Assembly (NCBI GenBank): GCA_032718475.1
Contig: JAUCBJ010006255.1
Coordinates: 1-56,990 of the forward strand
Length of the DNA: 56,990 bases
Direction: 5' to 3'
Source of the DNA: Nemertoderma westbladi
Taxonomy: Eukaryota > Animalia > Xenacoelomorpha
A program made the translations under genes and the position numbers. The notes beneath the pieces were generated by a model. That model made no database searches, had not been told where the DNA came from, and saw only the letters and a program-made list of their open reading frames with translations. Positions 34,665-48,369 of the stretch are shown here, in pieces. Each line of letters begins with the position of its first letter. The stretch's first letter is position 1.

Positions 34665-35878
34665 ACACGTTCGTGGGACCTTCGCACAGGACGAGGCCCA
34701 GTTATGAGATACAAATTAAAATTGAGCGACTGTATCACAAAATCAGTATTTGAGAAATTTAACCATACCGACAATCAATCAAAGAAATGGGGACAGTATG
34801 TGTTCAGCCCTTTTAATCTGCACCCCCCCCCCCCCCCCCCCTTCCTACCAACCAATACATAACCGCGACATCTACCACCCAAGGGGCGGAAGGGTAGCAC
34901 AAACTTATTTCCAATCACACTTTCCATATGCGAAGCCATGTGGTTTATAGGAAATATCGAGAATTCGAGAAAATCGAGAATACGAGAAACTCGATCGAAA
35001 TACCTGCTCATCCCAGTGTCCGTCCGTAGTCACCGGACAGCTGCGGTTTATTCCTGTAGAACAGTAGAATTCCCGCAGCTTCCAACCCAATTCGACAACG
35101 AATTCGCCTCACACTTTCGTGTGGCAGAGAACGTAATCCGGTGCGATATACATCTGCCTGACTTTCAACAATTTCCCCCAGGCGATCCCAGGATCCGGCT
35201 GTCCGGGCCGCCGCTAAACCCAAATCGCAATCCTCGTCTATTCATCCAGTCATCGACGTAAGTCAGACTCTTCCCACCGCACTCCAAGGTGGGTGGCCTA
35301 AGTGAGGCATGAGGAACTTGGCAGTGACCAGCATTACGATCCGACCGACCGCCGTATTCCCAGTGTAGTAAATAGAATCTTACTGACAAGCAAGCAATTC
35401 CGTAGTATTTATTCCTCATTTAATCGCATCTTGATGCCACTCGGGTCCATCTACATAGGACTGTCGGAAGCTGTTTAGATGAAGAAGTTGTTTAGATGGC
35501 CTTGCTGCCTTGCCAACGATCTGAAGACGGCACCGGTAACTCTGTACCACTGTAACAGTTAACAGTACCGGTACTTAACAGTACCGGTACCATACTGTAA
35601 TCCTGTAGTCTCCTAGCAAAGATTAATTTAATATAACTGTAAGACAGTTACACAGATGCTGCACGAAGACGCCACACAAATTCAACTTGGAAAATTTCTA
35701 AACTTTTGCCAGACTACATATGTACCAAGTTTGGATATATTTTATCGAGATTTGGCTCAGTTATTAACATTTAAAATTGGACACAACAGAACAACAGATC
35801 GACAGAACGACAGACACACCGATTGAGTTAGTGGTACCTGTATGCTAATCTCGCTTACTTTCGTTGCTAGCCCCACAA
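34665..35878 (-). mobile_element. Helentron-associated / DINE-1-like element, copy 2
   Basis: 35630-35876 is the reverse complement of 12700-12955; 34665-34735 mirrors 13550-13616; 34665-34950 mirrors 42880-43168. Confidence 0.7.
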
Positions 35879-37405
35879 GATGAATAGTAAGGGAACAATT
35901 AAACTACCTTGTGGTATGCCTGTTGTCATGGGAGCAGTGGTAGAACAGTAGCCATTTATAGATACATACTGTGTCCGCTTTGTCAAATAGTTATTTAGGA
36001 GTTTAAGAGTTTCACCACGAATCCCATAAAAATTCAATTTTTTAATTAGTATACAGTGGTTTATGGTATCAAACGCTATCCGGATATCCATGTACACCGC
36101 ACAGCGAGACATTGAGATATAATATATCCGCTATTTTTTCTGACACAGTTAGCATGAAAGGCATGAAATCTCCAATTCAGATTTTTTCTAAAACCGAACT
36201 GTTTATTTGTTAGAATATTATGATGCGAAATAAATGAGTTTAACTGATCATAAAATATTTTCTCGTAAATTTTACTAAAAAATGGGTGGGTAGCACTGAA
36301 ATTGGACGGTAGTTTCCAGCGTACAATGGATCGTCGGCTTTAAAGACCAGGGTGACTCTTGCTTGTTTAAGCATATCTGGAAATTTTGCTATCCGCCAAG
36401 ATAAATCAATAAGTTCGCTTAAATGAAATGAAAAAATACGTGCCCCAATTTTAATAAATTGTTGAGGTAATTTGTCATTAGTTGCACTATTTTCCTTTAA
36501 ATGTAGAATGTGGTATTCTATTTCAACTGGCGTTGTCTTTATGAGTGAAAAAGAGCTCATGGGTGATTCCTTTTATAAGTTTGGTTGGGCATTTCTTTGT
36601 TTTAGGCAATTGAAACACCAGATTTTTTGCAATATTTTTCGCAAAATAATTATTAAACTCTTCTGCAATCGTAGTTAAATCACTTGTAATTGCTCGCGAG
36701 CCAGACAGGTTTATCCTAAGGTGTTTCGGTGAATTTCTTGTTTTGTTATTAGATATTACCGAATTAATACTTTTCAGGTTCGTCTCATGTTATTACCGCA
36801 AGATGCAAGAGCTTGTTTGAATAATTTTGAATAATTTTCTTCACTTATTCGTAATATTTTTTTGAAACATGGTTACAGTAGATCCGATCCGGTAATCAAC
36901 TTTTCATTTTCAGATTCCTTGATTTTAATTGCCGTATATACAGTTTATTTTTCATCTCGATTGACTTCGCAATCCCTTGGGTTATCCAAGGTATCCGTAC
37001 AGGCCAAGATTTTATTTTGTGCTGATTCATTTTAACATTGTGAGTCACAGATTCGTTTAAAATCCTCATAAAAAACTTTATTTTTATTTTGTTGCGGTAC
37101 ACCCTCGTTAATGTATGTCCAATTGCAACGGTTTCCTAAGTCGTTTAGAAAATTAAATTCATTGATGCGTCAAATGAATAATAAAATCCAGAGATAAACT
37201 CATTTATTGCAGAGTGATTTTTAAATAAATTGCGACAGTTTAGATGAAAAAAAGAAACATCGGTTGGGTGTGGTTTGATTTTTTTGTTTAAGGACTTATT
37301 AAATGAGTCTATGTCAAAATACCCGCCATCAGGATCAGGATCAATATCGGCAAATACTGAATTATCAGATTGGTCAAAAAAAGAAAATTGTCTGCTGACA
37401 AACAT
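35879..37405 (-). mobile_element. Decayed CR1-group LINE ORF2 fragments
   Basis: DIDPD..FFHLNCRNLFKN (APE start), PWITQGI, NYRPISVLP, QFGFRK, AFDTINH, YGIRG, GIPQGS in several frames. Confidence 0.85.
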
Positions 37406-37920
37406 TCAAAAATATCTTCATCATCGTCGTTACATCTTGAAATGGAAATACTGTTCGAGTACAATAGATGCACCAAACACTCCATTTTTACTATTCAATT
37501 CCAAAAACCCGTCTAGATTCAAAAAATAACCACATTGAAATTAAATTTGTTAGCACACAGTTCACATTTACATACATGGTTGGAGGCAGTGAAACCCGTG
37601 TAGCAAACCCAACAACTGTTTGGTACGAGTACGTGAGAGATTGAGGGCGAGGTGAATGGCATGGATAATACAATGTAGAATGATACGTTCAATTAAACCT
37701 GTGATTTGTAGTCTTGATTAAGTAATCAAGTTGACCTTACCGTAATGATCAGTGACACTAATATAATATATTATGGGATTAACAGATCTAGTGGCTGGTA
37801 TCGCCAGAAACATATAAAACCATGAATGCGAGTGTGATTTTTAAGATTAGTATGGAATGAAAGCATTATCATTAGTATTTATGTTATATTTATTTATCAT
37901 TAGTATTTTTAAGATTAGTA

Positions 37921-40900
37921 AGATAAGATAAGTAAATCTTTAATGTTTGGGGCTTTCGCCCCCAGCCGCTATGCGACTTATCAGACAAATTGACACAAAT
38001 CACAATGGATAACTAACAGGAAAAACAACAAACCGCACCGAAACAAACAGCACCTGAATATACCGCACAAACTCTACCTAAACAAACACTAACTAAATAT
38101 AAAAAAAAAATAATGCACTGTGCCCTAAAGGCCCTACCAAAAATATATAATACAAAAATATGAGCTGGGTCCTTACCATGTTATTTGTTAATTTCTGAGA
38201 ATTCTAATTTTTTATTTTATTATTATTATTATTTTTTTTTATGTCTAAATTTATTGTATTTCTATTTTATTTACTTATTTAGTAAATCCTGTCTCTGTAT
38301 CCATAACTCCCTAGTTGCTTTAGCTAGTTTTAATTGATTATTTTCCATGATCCTTACAGACGATCACACGAGAGATCGGTTCCGTTCAACAATTCTCCTC
38401 TTTGAAGGGCTGGACACTCAAAAAGAAAGTGAACCTCGGACTCGATATTCTGAGTGTTACATTGCCGACAGACCCTGTCGTTCAATGCCTTTCCCTGGAA
38501 CCTTCCAGTCTCAATTGCTAGTGGAAGTATCCCGCAACGGAGCTGCGCCATTGTTGAGCGTATCGACTTGTTCAGGCTACTTTTAACGTAGGGTTCTACT
38601 GTAAATGATGATTTAAAGGTTCTATAGGTTCTACGTTTTGGCTTTAAATCAATTTCGGTTAGCCACATATTCAGGTTTAGATCTATACATTTTTCCACAG
38701 CTATGTTTATGTTACAGGTTACTTTACCGTCATAAATATTTGATCAAAAATTGATTTAATTTTGCTACACCAGCCAGCGTTTGAACTGTATTCACTCTCA
38801 AATATTTGCTTGGGTATGCTAGAGATATCCAATTAAATTAACCTATTCCATAATCGTATACCCTCTATATACCTACGGTGTAAACTTGGTCTCCAACCCA
38901 TATCCCCCTCTATTGCTGCTATTGGGGCAAATCTATGAACTCCGAGTAACCATCTAATTGCCCGACGTTGATCGAGAATCGGCGCTACCCCAGCATTAAA
39001 CATCATTGTGTATGTATTATACCGAAAACCCTTGACTTCCCTAGACTTAGCTATAATTGATCCTAGAGCCCTCCCTGCAGACAGAGCAAATGTACTGATA
39101 GCTTTCTCGTAAGTTCCAAATTCATCTAAGAACACTCCTAAGTACATATAGTAGGGTACAATTTCTAGGTGTTTTTCTCCGACATTAAAATCTACGCCGG
39201 ATCGTTCTTCAGGTTCTTTACGGAAATGAACTATTTTCGACTTTTTCGGGTTAACTGACAACTGCCACTGATAGCACCACTCATTCACTCTGTTTAGCAT
39301 GGACTGAAGGTCTGATTCACTTTCTGCCATTAAAATGACGTCATCCGCGTATATTAGTATAGACAGTCTAAGATTATCTGCTACCTGTACTCCAAGACCT
39401 AGTTCGTTAACGGAAATAATTAAACTATTAATGAATAAACCGAAGTGAGAGGGCGAGAGACTCTCCCCTTGTCTCACACTGGAATTAGTTTGAAACCATT
39501 CGGACCTAAATTCGTTTAGTAAGATGCTTGACTGAGTGTTGCTATACATAGATTTTATACAGACATACATTTTCCCCCCAATCCCATTTAATAGTAGCGA
39601 GTAAAGCAAAAGGTCTCCCCGAACCCAATCGAAGGCCTTTTCGAAATTGATAATGGCACAATAAGTAGAAGACCCATTTGTTCTCCTAATAGAAGTAATG
39701 GAATGTATTGTATAGATGTATTCTAAGCAACTGCGATTTTTTCTAAAACCATTCTGCTCGTTAGACAATAAATCATCAACTTTACAAAATTTGGATAAAC
39801 GAACATCCAATATAGAAGTGAATAACTTACTTATGCACGGTAGAAGACTAATTCCTCTGTAATTTAATGGTACGTTAACACTTGTGCTGTTACCCTTATA
39901 AAATGGTCTAATAAGAGCCTGCTGCCAAACCGATGGAATTTTGCCAGTATCAAAAATATAATTGAAGAGTTCAACAAGTAAGTTACACAGTCCAGGTAAT
40001 TTAAGGAATTCATTAGGCAAACCGTCAAAACCAACTGCTCTACCGTATTTTAGCTTCTTAACGGCTGATTGTACTTCATCCGCTGTGAACGGAACATTAA
40101 GCAGACTGTCAGTCTCAAACAAACAACTTTCCATAAACCACTCGAGTTCAGTTTTCTGCCCCAAAGCTCGCTCAATAAAGTCTGTGTCAGCTTTACCCGA
40201 GTCGGCTCGGTTAAGTAACGTAGAAAAATCGTCCTTCCAAGCATTAATTACATCAGGAATGTTATTAATAATTTCACCAGTACTCCTATGTACTTCCAAT
40301 GGTATGTCTACATTTTTCCGAGGTCCTAGTTTATTTAACCCTATTCCACCTGGGGTTGGGCAGAATCTGCCCAACACTTTTTATTTTTAGAAATTCATCA
40401 TGATGATTTTTATGTATTATTATGAAATTCATTGACTTTTCCTAGAATTTAATTGGCTTTCTGATGGTAACAAAATATTTTTTTCATCATTTATACTTTT
40501 TGTGCTATGGTGTGTTTTTCATATCATAGTCACATTTTTTTATTATAATATCTTTATTAGCCTAACTGGTAGAAAAGATAATCCCTGGTTGGATAGTTCC
40601 CCTGGTCAACAAGCTAGAATACAACCAATTACGGTCCAGGACATTCACTTGGCTGGGTTGTAAAGTTAAATTCAAACACGAGATTGTCTACTGCTTGGAT
40701 TAGTACACATCAATCACACTATTTTTTAATAACAAAATACTAATCTGACAGATAAGCAAGCAATAAGTCTACTAGGATAAAACAACAACCACCATTGAAA
40801 CCAGTATATTCCTAATGTAATACAGCAGACATAAACAGAGGTGAATAAATCTATTCAATAACAGCACCCCTGCAAGCAAAATTTTCTCTTGGGATGTCTG

Positions 40901-41260
40901 GCAGAGTTAGGCAGACAGTGGTGTTGGGAGGAGTATGTATAGTATTATCTCATCTTTTTACTATAATGGGTTATCTTCATGATAATTAATTTATATGGAT
41001 ATATTATTTAAAATTATGAATATATAAAACTCAGAACAGATGCATTATATATTTTTCTATAAACCTGCGAAAATTTGGAAAGTTTTGATAAAATTATCAT
41101 TACTTTTTAATGTATAATAAACTGTTGGGCATATTATGCCCAACCCCAGGTGGAATCTCGGACAAAAGAGCCCAGGTGGAATAGGGTTAAACAATCCCAG
41201 AAATCTTTTTGACCAGATGAAATTAATTTTTCAATATTATTGGCCTGATTAGATTCGTAT
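37921..41260 (-). mobile_element. 5'-truncated RTEX/CR1-group LINE split by a piggyBac MITE
   Basis: RT (NYRGISLL, EQNGFRKNRS, VRQGESLSP, LIYADD) 38833-40338; C-terminal IETGRF..CRQC..HFLFEC 38354-38698; 3' ggggc-gaaa-gcccc hairpin (37949-37962) and (tatct)n tail; frame resumes at 41191. Confidence 0.88.
40339..41186. mobile_element. piggyBac-type MITE (848 bp)
   Basis: TTAA|ccctattccacctggg ... cccaggtggaataggg|TTAA, perfect 16-bp TIR; subterminal gttgggca.....tgcccaac hairpins at both ends. Confidence 0.93.
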
Positions 41261-41379
41261 GATTTAAGATTAGTATGGATTGAAAGCATTATCGTTAGTA
41301 TTGGATACAATGACTTTCCTACTGTTAGATAATGGATATTTCAGGATGGGAAGCAACACCAAATAATACAAAGATTATA

Positions 41380-41755
41380 CTACTGTATGAGACAGAGTGC
41401 AGAAAATAGTCTATGGTCGTGATTTCGAAGCATGCAACTTCTTTTGGTTTTCTTGTCCTTTTGATACATGTATTGATTCTCCAATACATCAAGATCATCA
41501 TCAGAGCGGATACTGGTCAGATTATCATTTTCCTTAATTTGAATAAGAATAGATCCGTTCATTGAATATGCCGAGTGTATTACACCGTCTAGTTTAATAC
41601 CAATTGCTCTCCACAACAGGCCCGAACGATATTTGGTCAAATGGTTGGTAAAATACCAACCCTTTGGCAAAGCAGATAGATTTTGAAAACAGATGCGGCT
41701 GTGTCACTGTCCTAAGAAACAAATTACTATTGGACATGATTTTTTCGATGCATTG
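41380..41755 (-). pseudogene. CR1/L2-group LINE ORF1 C-terminal fragment
   Basis: PIVICF...YFTNHLTKYRSGLLWRA...SAYSMNGSILIQ...IRSDDDL; same strand as, and upstream of, the ORF2 pieces at 35879..37405. Confidence 0.6.
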
Positions 41756-42299
41756 TTTGATCCGGTACTGGTGGTATCAGTCTGGCTAGTACCAGCACTG
41801 GCTTTATCAGAACGCTTGCTTGGCGCTGTCCGCCGTACCGCCCTACTACCTGACTACTGTCAGACTGTAGAAGTATAACTGGACTGGTAGCAACTGCTGA
41901 ACTGCCAACTACAGAACTACCGGTACGGTACTGAACTACGACAGCACTAGCCTATACCGCATTTCTACGCTCCTGTCAGCGACAAAAGAAAATGAATTTC
42001 TTCGTTTACGGTTTCTGCTCTTGTTAACGGTTAAATATGTTCATTAAAGACTATGTATTGGTACGACCAACGGCGCCGGCAACTGGTATAATCAGATGTA
42101 GATGTACATACAGACATATCAATCTGCCAATACATTAATAGCAATAGGCTTACCCCTACCAACCCCAACCATCCATCGACTCGGCAACTGCAACAATGGA
42201 AGTTATGTGGACTAACCAGCTGACCGGCATTCTAAGTTCAGGTACCCACTACCAGAGTCTACCCAGCTGCCCAGAAAAGTGTTGGAATTGAAATCAAAC

Positions 42300-43168
42300 A
42301 ACTCACCACCAAGGCCGCCTCTGTCTGTTGACCTCGACTTTTGGTATCGCTGCCGCTACGGGCAAACTGGACTAACCGTAGCGTAACCAAGGATGAAACA
42401 ATCCGGTTTTTTAATCTCACTCTGCCATCACCCAGTGCCCAGCGGTGTTGAAATTGACACGCATTGTACAAGCAGTAGGCCTATTGCTCCGAGTTTCTGG
42501 CTGGTCGGGTGCAACTACTGCATCTACATTGCCACACTATAACTCGGGCTCATGAGGAATGAGTGCTGCGTAGACTATATTCCTATAAACCAAAACCATA
42601 CATGGCTTCGCCTATTGAAGGCATTATAAAGATCGTCAGTCTTCATTTAGCAAAGATATTTAAATACAAAACAGGACGAGCACAACGAGACTTATAATGA
42701 AGACGAGTACTGCGTTGACTATTATTATTATATAAACCACCTGGCTTCACATATTGAACGCATCCCTAGTTATTATTATTATAAATATCGTCAGCCTGCG
42801 TTTAAGAAATATATTTAAATACAAAACAGGACGAACTCAACGAGGCTTATAATGAAGACGAGTACTGCGTTTATTATATTCCTATAAACCACCTGGCTTT
42901 GCATATTGAACGTGCGATTGGAAATAAGTTCGTGCTACCCTTCCGTGGGTGGTAGATGTCGCGGTTATGTATTGGTGGGTGGGAAGGGTGGGGAGGGGGG
43001 GGGGGGGGGTGCAGATTAAAAGGGCTGAACACGTACTGTACCCCTTTCTTTAATTGATTGGTGGTGTGGGTAAATTTCTCAAATACTGATGTTGTGATAC
43101 AGTCGCTCAGTTTTAATTTGTATCTCATAACTGGGCCTCGTGCTGCGCGAAGGCCCCACGAATGTGTT
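42300..43168 (+). mobile_element. Helentron-associated / DINE-1-like element, copy 3 (partial) with internal ~160-bp repeats
   Basis: 42330-42380 matches 13316-13372; 3' end gccccacgaatgtgtt; gagtactgcgt...tataaacc..tggctt.cat attgaa repeated three times 42555-42910. Confidence 0.65.
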
Positions 43169-43229
43169 ATTGACTGTACATAAAATACATACTCAGAGAC
43201 AAAATGAAAGAAACAATATGCACTAATGA

Positions 43230-43900
43230 TGAGGCGGATAGTCTGTGAAGCACGAAATACAAAGCCCAGGTTTATCAGGGCATAAACATATTGGGATTTT
43301 TTAACCTTTTTGTTTCTCCAGCATACTCGACACCGCTTTTGCTTTTACTTTTTAGTTTTAGTTTTTAAGTTGGTTCAATATTGACAGAAATATAACCGCC
43401 CTTTATGCAGAAGCAAAGACTCATCAAGTGAGAGCTCCTTTGAGCTGATGAAGACTGCGACAACCTTATGAATTTCATCCATAAAGTCTTTCAATCGTGT
43501 AGTCTTATCATCCTTATCAAAATCATTTATGTTTCAAAACCGAATATAACGGAGGATCTGGAGGTAACGATTTCGTGACATAAGCGATGCTAATTGCGGC
43601 ATTGCAATGTAAAATTCAGTTGTGGACAAGCCGCCTTGCCAGCCAGTCCGGGCTTCATTGAAATCTATATCTGGTTGCCCCTTGTCATTAGCATAATTGA
43701 CAAACCGAAACCGCCAGGTATCCCAGTCACTTACACTTACAACTACAGGCGGTGTGGTGGTGTCAGAATCCGAATCGTCCGATTCCGAAGAAGTAGATTC
43801 TTCATCTTCAGTTACATCAGCAGAATCACTATCGGCAGTGTCATCATCACTAACATCAAACCCGTACACATGTGGTGGTTTTCTAGTTCGACTTGGGTAA
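43230..43900 (-). pseudogene. Internally deleted piggyBac transposase relic
   Basis: Acidic N-terminus; MSRNRYLQILRYIRF; ELSLDESLLLHKGRLYFCQY; C-terminal CRVC...PDKPGLCISCF Cys-rich domain (manual translation). Confidence 0.85.
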
Positions 43901-44176
43901 GGGTTACTTGAGGAAGCCAGGGCTACAGTTTAAAATACACAAAACCAGCGAAAGGAATTTTATGTACGCCTACTGTATAGCAAAACGGTAGTTTAGAACT
44001 TACAAAAGCTATTCTTTACAATACCGGTATGACAATACTGTAAAGAACAAATTTTGTTTTGACTTTCCCTCCAGAGACAGTCCAGATTTCGGCAATATGT
44101 TATTAAACTGCTCTGGCTGGATATAGAATGACTCCTGTATGGCTCTAATATTTAAGAACGCTTAGAAACATCAATG

Positions 44177-45567
44177 CAGTGCCGGATTAACCTTAAGGCA
44201 TATAAGGCACGTGCCTTAGGTCCAGCCGAAAATACGGGCCATTTGTCCTCAACGAGTCATTCTTGTTAAAAAAATATTTTTATCTGAAAAGTCCACATTT
44301 TTTCTCACTAAAATTTATAGAAAACAAAGCAAGATAGTGCATCTTTCGACTACTTTCTATCCCTAAATTTCTGATAGAAAGTGCAAATTTCTAGCTCAGT
44401 CGACCGACAGGTGCTGTGTTAGGCCGCGTTCACACCACTGCCCTCGTGTATTGAATTTTGCATTCGATGGCCTTTTAGGTGCAATTGCTGCAAAACCTAA
44501 AAGCATAATTGGGCAGCATAATTGAATTTGGTAAATTATAATTAGTGACAAAAATTACTTATTTCCGAGACTGTTCTCTATCGGAGAACATTTCTTTCTC
44601 AGCAAGTCCAAATCTAGATCAGAAATATTATATCTTTGCACAAAGCCCACACTTTTGGTGTGTTATATTTCTCAGCAAGTCCTGTAGAGATAAGTATACC
44701 GTGCAAAACCTACCCTACAGAAAATAAATAACACATTCCCACGGTCCGATCAAAATTGCTAAATGCCTACAGGAGCCAGTCAGCCTTAAGGGAGCCAACT
44801 ATAACCACCACAAATTTTTGTAGTTTGATAGAAGGGATTTCATAAGGTGATATCGGTTTTCCACATTGAATTATTTTTTGACCTCAAAACTGCTCTTTTC
44901 AACAACATAATATATTGCTGATATTTATGACTCTGTATAAAACAACCTTTTTATCAGTTTGTCGATTTTGACTTTTTTCATCACTAAATTCCCTACTACT
45001 ATTTTATTTTTTACTCAATTGCCATCAAACATACCAAAATGTTCAGCAGCTTTAGGACTATATATTAATATTTGGACTTAATATTTTTCGAACAAACGGT
45101 TTATGAAGCTATCTATACTCAGTTTTCATAGTACAGTATATAAAAGATCACAGATCATTGTGTTAAACTTTCAGAATAGTAGCTTTATAAATAAAACAAA
45201 TAGATTTGGGGTAATGGTCTCATTAATATATTAAAAAATTTAAGCTTGAGAAATTCTACCAAAACCATTACACATTTTATAGCAAAGGTTTTATAGGCAT
45301 AATATGCCGTTTAGTAATGTTACAATTCTCGATGAAAACTATTTTTGCAAAGTGGGCCTACTTATTATTAAAGTACTTGTAGTTATTTGCACGCAGTCAG
45401 TCATCCAACGAAAATACTTTATATTTCCTTCGCAACATTTTCACAATTTCAGTTGTTTTTAGCAGTTTTTCTTTTGAAAGGGTTTGCGGAAAAATATCAA
45501 TTTTCGGGCCATTTTTATAAATTTTTAAAATGTGCCTTAGGGCCACCAGAGGCTTAATCCGGCACTG
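44177..45567. mobile_element. hAT-type non-autonomous element
   Basis: TIR cagtgccggattaa / ttaatccggcactg; gtgccttagg subterminal motif at both ends; 8-bp TSD not recognisable. Confidence 0.7.
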
Positions 45568-45609
45568 ATTTCCAAAGGATTACAAATAGTAAAAATATGG
45601 AAGAAGGTT

Positions 45610-46160
45610 AAACTGTAGAACTGCAGGTGGTTATCATCCTCGTAAACACAACCTATATTTTATTTAGTTTAGTAGGTACTGTACAGTACTTTTAGATCGC
45701 TGCCAAGAATAAACTCTAAAGAATTTAAATGGGAGAAGGATTTCATTTTCAGACAATTCGTCCCCTAGTGGCGGACTGGAGAACTGCAGACTGCTCAACG
45801 TCCTTCCCAAAGACGCAGCTTATGATGTAGTACAGTAGACCTCTGCCAAGTATCAGCCTAAAAGCATTTTTAATAAATAAATGTGAGAATGTTTTCACTT
45901 TTCAGACATTTCGCACCCTCTAGCAGTATACTGGAGAACTGCAGACTGGTTAGCATCCGCCCCAAACACAGCCTATGGTGTAGTATACCTTTCCCAAGTA
46001 TAAAAAAAGCATTAGAAACAACGAAATGGGAGAAGGTTTTCATTTCAGACATTTCACGCTCTAGCGGCAGACGGAGGAATTGCAGATTGGTCAGTGTTCT
46101 CCACAAAAACGCAGTCTATGGTGTAGAAGACCTCTGCAAAGTATCAGCATAAAAGCATAA
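45610..46160. repeat. Diverged ~150-160-bp tandem repeats (~3.5 units)
   Basis: gaa(c/t)tgcag near 45619, 45782, 45936, 46078; aaatgggagaagg and ttcagaca recur. Confidence 0.75.
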
Positions 46161-46555
46161 GGGATCACTGATACGATTTAATAGAATTCTATTGTATAGC
46201 TTTGCAGCAATCGAGATCAATGAGATTCTCCGAAAAGAACCATAGAGTGTTAGGTTGCCCTTCTTGGGAACTGGCACCAACTTATTTGTTTTCATTTCTT
46301 GTGGGACTCTTGTTGTTCGGTACATGTCTACTATGATGGGATAGATGAGCTTTAAACACTCAGGTATTTTAAAGACCTCAGGGGGAACACCATCTACTCC
46401 ACTGGCACGATTGGTCTTAATGCTCTTTGCAGCAGCCTTCACTTCTGCAAAGGAGATATCACCAATGGGAATATCTGGGAGTACAGACTCAGACACTTTT
46501 ACTTCTATAAAGTTATCAGGCAATACCCTGTCATTATTGAGGAGCTATTCAATCT
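46160..46555 (-). mobile_element. Inverted duplicate of part of the adjacent RTE LINE
   Basis: ORF 46116..46523 PDNFIEVKVSESVLPDIP...AAKLYNRILLNRI is near-identical to the + strand coding at 46745-47125. Confidence 0.88.
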
Positions 46556-46559
46556 TGTT

Positions 46560-48310
46560 AATCTACAGGAGCTAATAAACCAACAGGTTAATGCCATCAA
46601 TGATGCTGACGACAGCAGGCAATCATCCCAGGCATGGAAATCGATCAACTTGCTTACTGGTCAGAAAAGCCAACCAACCACCAAGGTTAAGGCTGAATCA
46701 CCAGCTGATCGCCACAATGGTTGGAAGGCCCACTTTGAAAAGCTCCTCAATTATGACAGGCTATTGCCTGATAACTTTATAGAAGTAAACGTTTCTGAGT
46801 CTGTACTTCCAGATATTCCCCTTGGCAATATCTCCTTTGCAGAAGTAAAGGCTGCTGCTGCATTAAGACCAATCATGCCAGTGGAGTAGATGGTGTTCTC
46901 CCTGAGGTCTTTAAAATACCTGAGTGTTTAAAGCTTATCTATCCCATCATAGTATACATGTACAGAACAACAAGAGTCCCACAAGAAATGAAAAAAACAA
47001 ATAAGTTGCTGCCAGTTCACAAGAACGGCAACCTAACACTCTATGGTTCTTTTCGGGGAATCTCATTGATCTCGATTGCTGCAAAGCTATACAATATAAT
47101 TCTATTAAATCACATCAGGGATCCCATTGAGAGACTACTCCATGGAAATTAGAATGGGTTCCGAAAAGGTAGTGGGACCATGGTGCCCATTTTGGCACTT
47201 AGAAGAATAATTGAAGATGAATTATCAAAAAAGAAAGACAGGCATCTGGCTGTTATCTTTGTTGACTTCTTCAAGGCCTTTGATTCAGTCTCTCGCTCAC
47301 GTATGTTCAGCATACTTTCATTATATGGGATTCCTGATGAAATTATTGCAGCAATCAGATCAGAATACATTACAACATACAACATACATCATACAACATT
47401 ACAACATACAACATTTGTGTCTACTGTTGATGGTGACACAGAACCATTTGAAGTATTATGGGGAGTCCTCCAAAGAGCACACTTGCACCAACCATTCTTG
47501 TTCAAAATTGTGGTTGACTATGTTCTGCGCATGTCCTTAGATCATCATAATGATGATGGGGTTTTGGTAACTCCACCTACTGGCTCCAGAAGTCAAGGAA
47601 ATCCTGCCAAGTACCTAACTGATCTAGACTTAGCTGATGACTTACTCAGAATCACTAGAGGGAGCCCAATGGCTCCTCAGCTCATTATAACAGGCTGCTT
47701 CTAGTGTTGGTCTTTTTATTAACTCCAAAAAGACCAAAATTTTGACAGTTAACTTTGAAAGTCCTAGGCAAGTCTCTGACCAGATGAGCATAAGCTCAAA
47801 GGATGGTATGCCTGAGCTTGTGGACGACTTCTGTTACCTGGGATCATGGATCCAGAAGTCAGATGAGGACCTTCGAATACGTAAGGGAAAGGCATGGGCA
47901 GCCTTGAATAGGATTTCCAGGATTTGGAAGTCACAGAGAATTAATCGGAAACAAAGGTCCGATTATTTAGAGCAGCAGTAGTTCCAGTACTCCTCTATGG
48001 GAGTCCATGCTGGTCTCTAGCTGCTGAGGAAACCAAATCTCTGGTTGGCACATTCACAAGAATTTGTTACTATCAATTCACAAGAATGCTACGCCGGGTT
48101 CATTGTGTCAAGTACAATGCACACATCTCCAACCAGACGCTATATAACATTGGAGGTGTCTCATTGGTTCCCCCAAACTTGACACTAGAACAAAGTCACC
48201 TCCGCTTTGCAGGACATTGATTTTGCCGTGAGGACCAGCCAGTGCATAATATTGTGCTTTGGCAGCCTCATGGAGTAATAAGCATGGTGGACAGCCCATG
48301 ACTTTCTTGA
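46560..48310 (+). mobile_element. Decayed RTE-clade LINE (RT domain)
   Basis: NGFRKG, FVDFFKAFDSVSR, GVLQ, DLDLADD, VDDFCYLGSWI, RIRKGKAWAALNR; many frameshifts. Confidence 0.9.
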
Positions 48311-48369
48311 GAATTTATTATAGTACAGTATGTTCATAGTTTAGCCAATATGAGAATACACATACCTAT

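Noticed and set aside
40339-40377. N-terminus of the 514-aa RT ORF
   Set aside because: Derived from the piggyBac TIR; the true frame continues at 41191.
44169-45575. 8-bp TSD for the hAT-type element
   Set aside because: Flanks catcaatg and atttccaa do not match, so no TSD is claimed.
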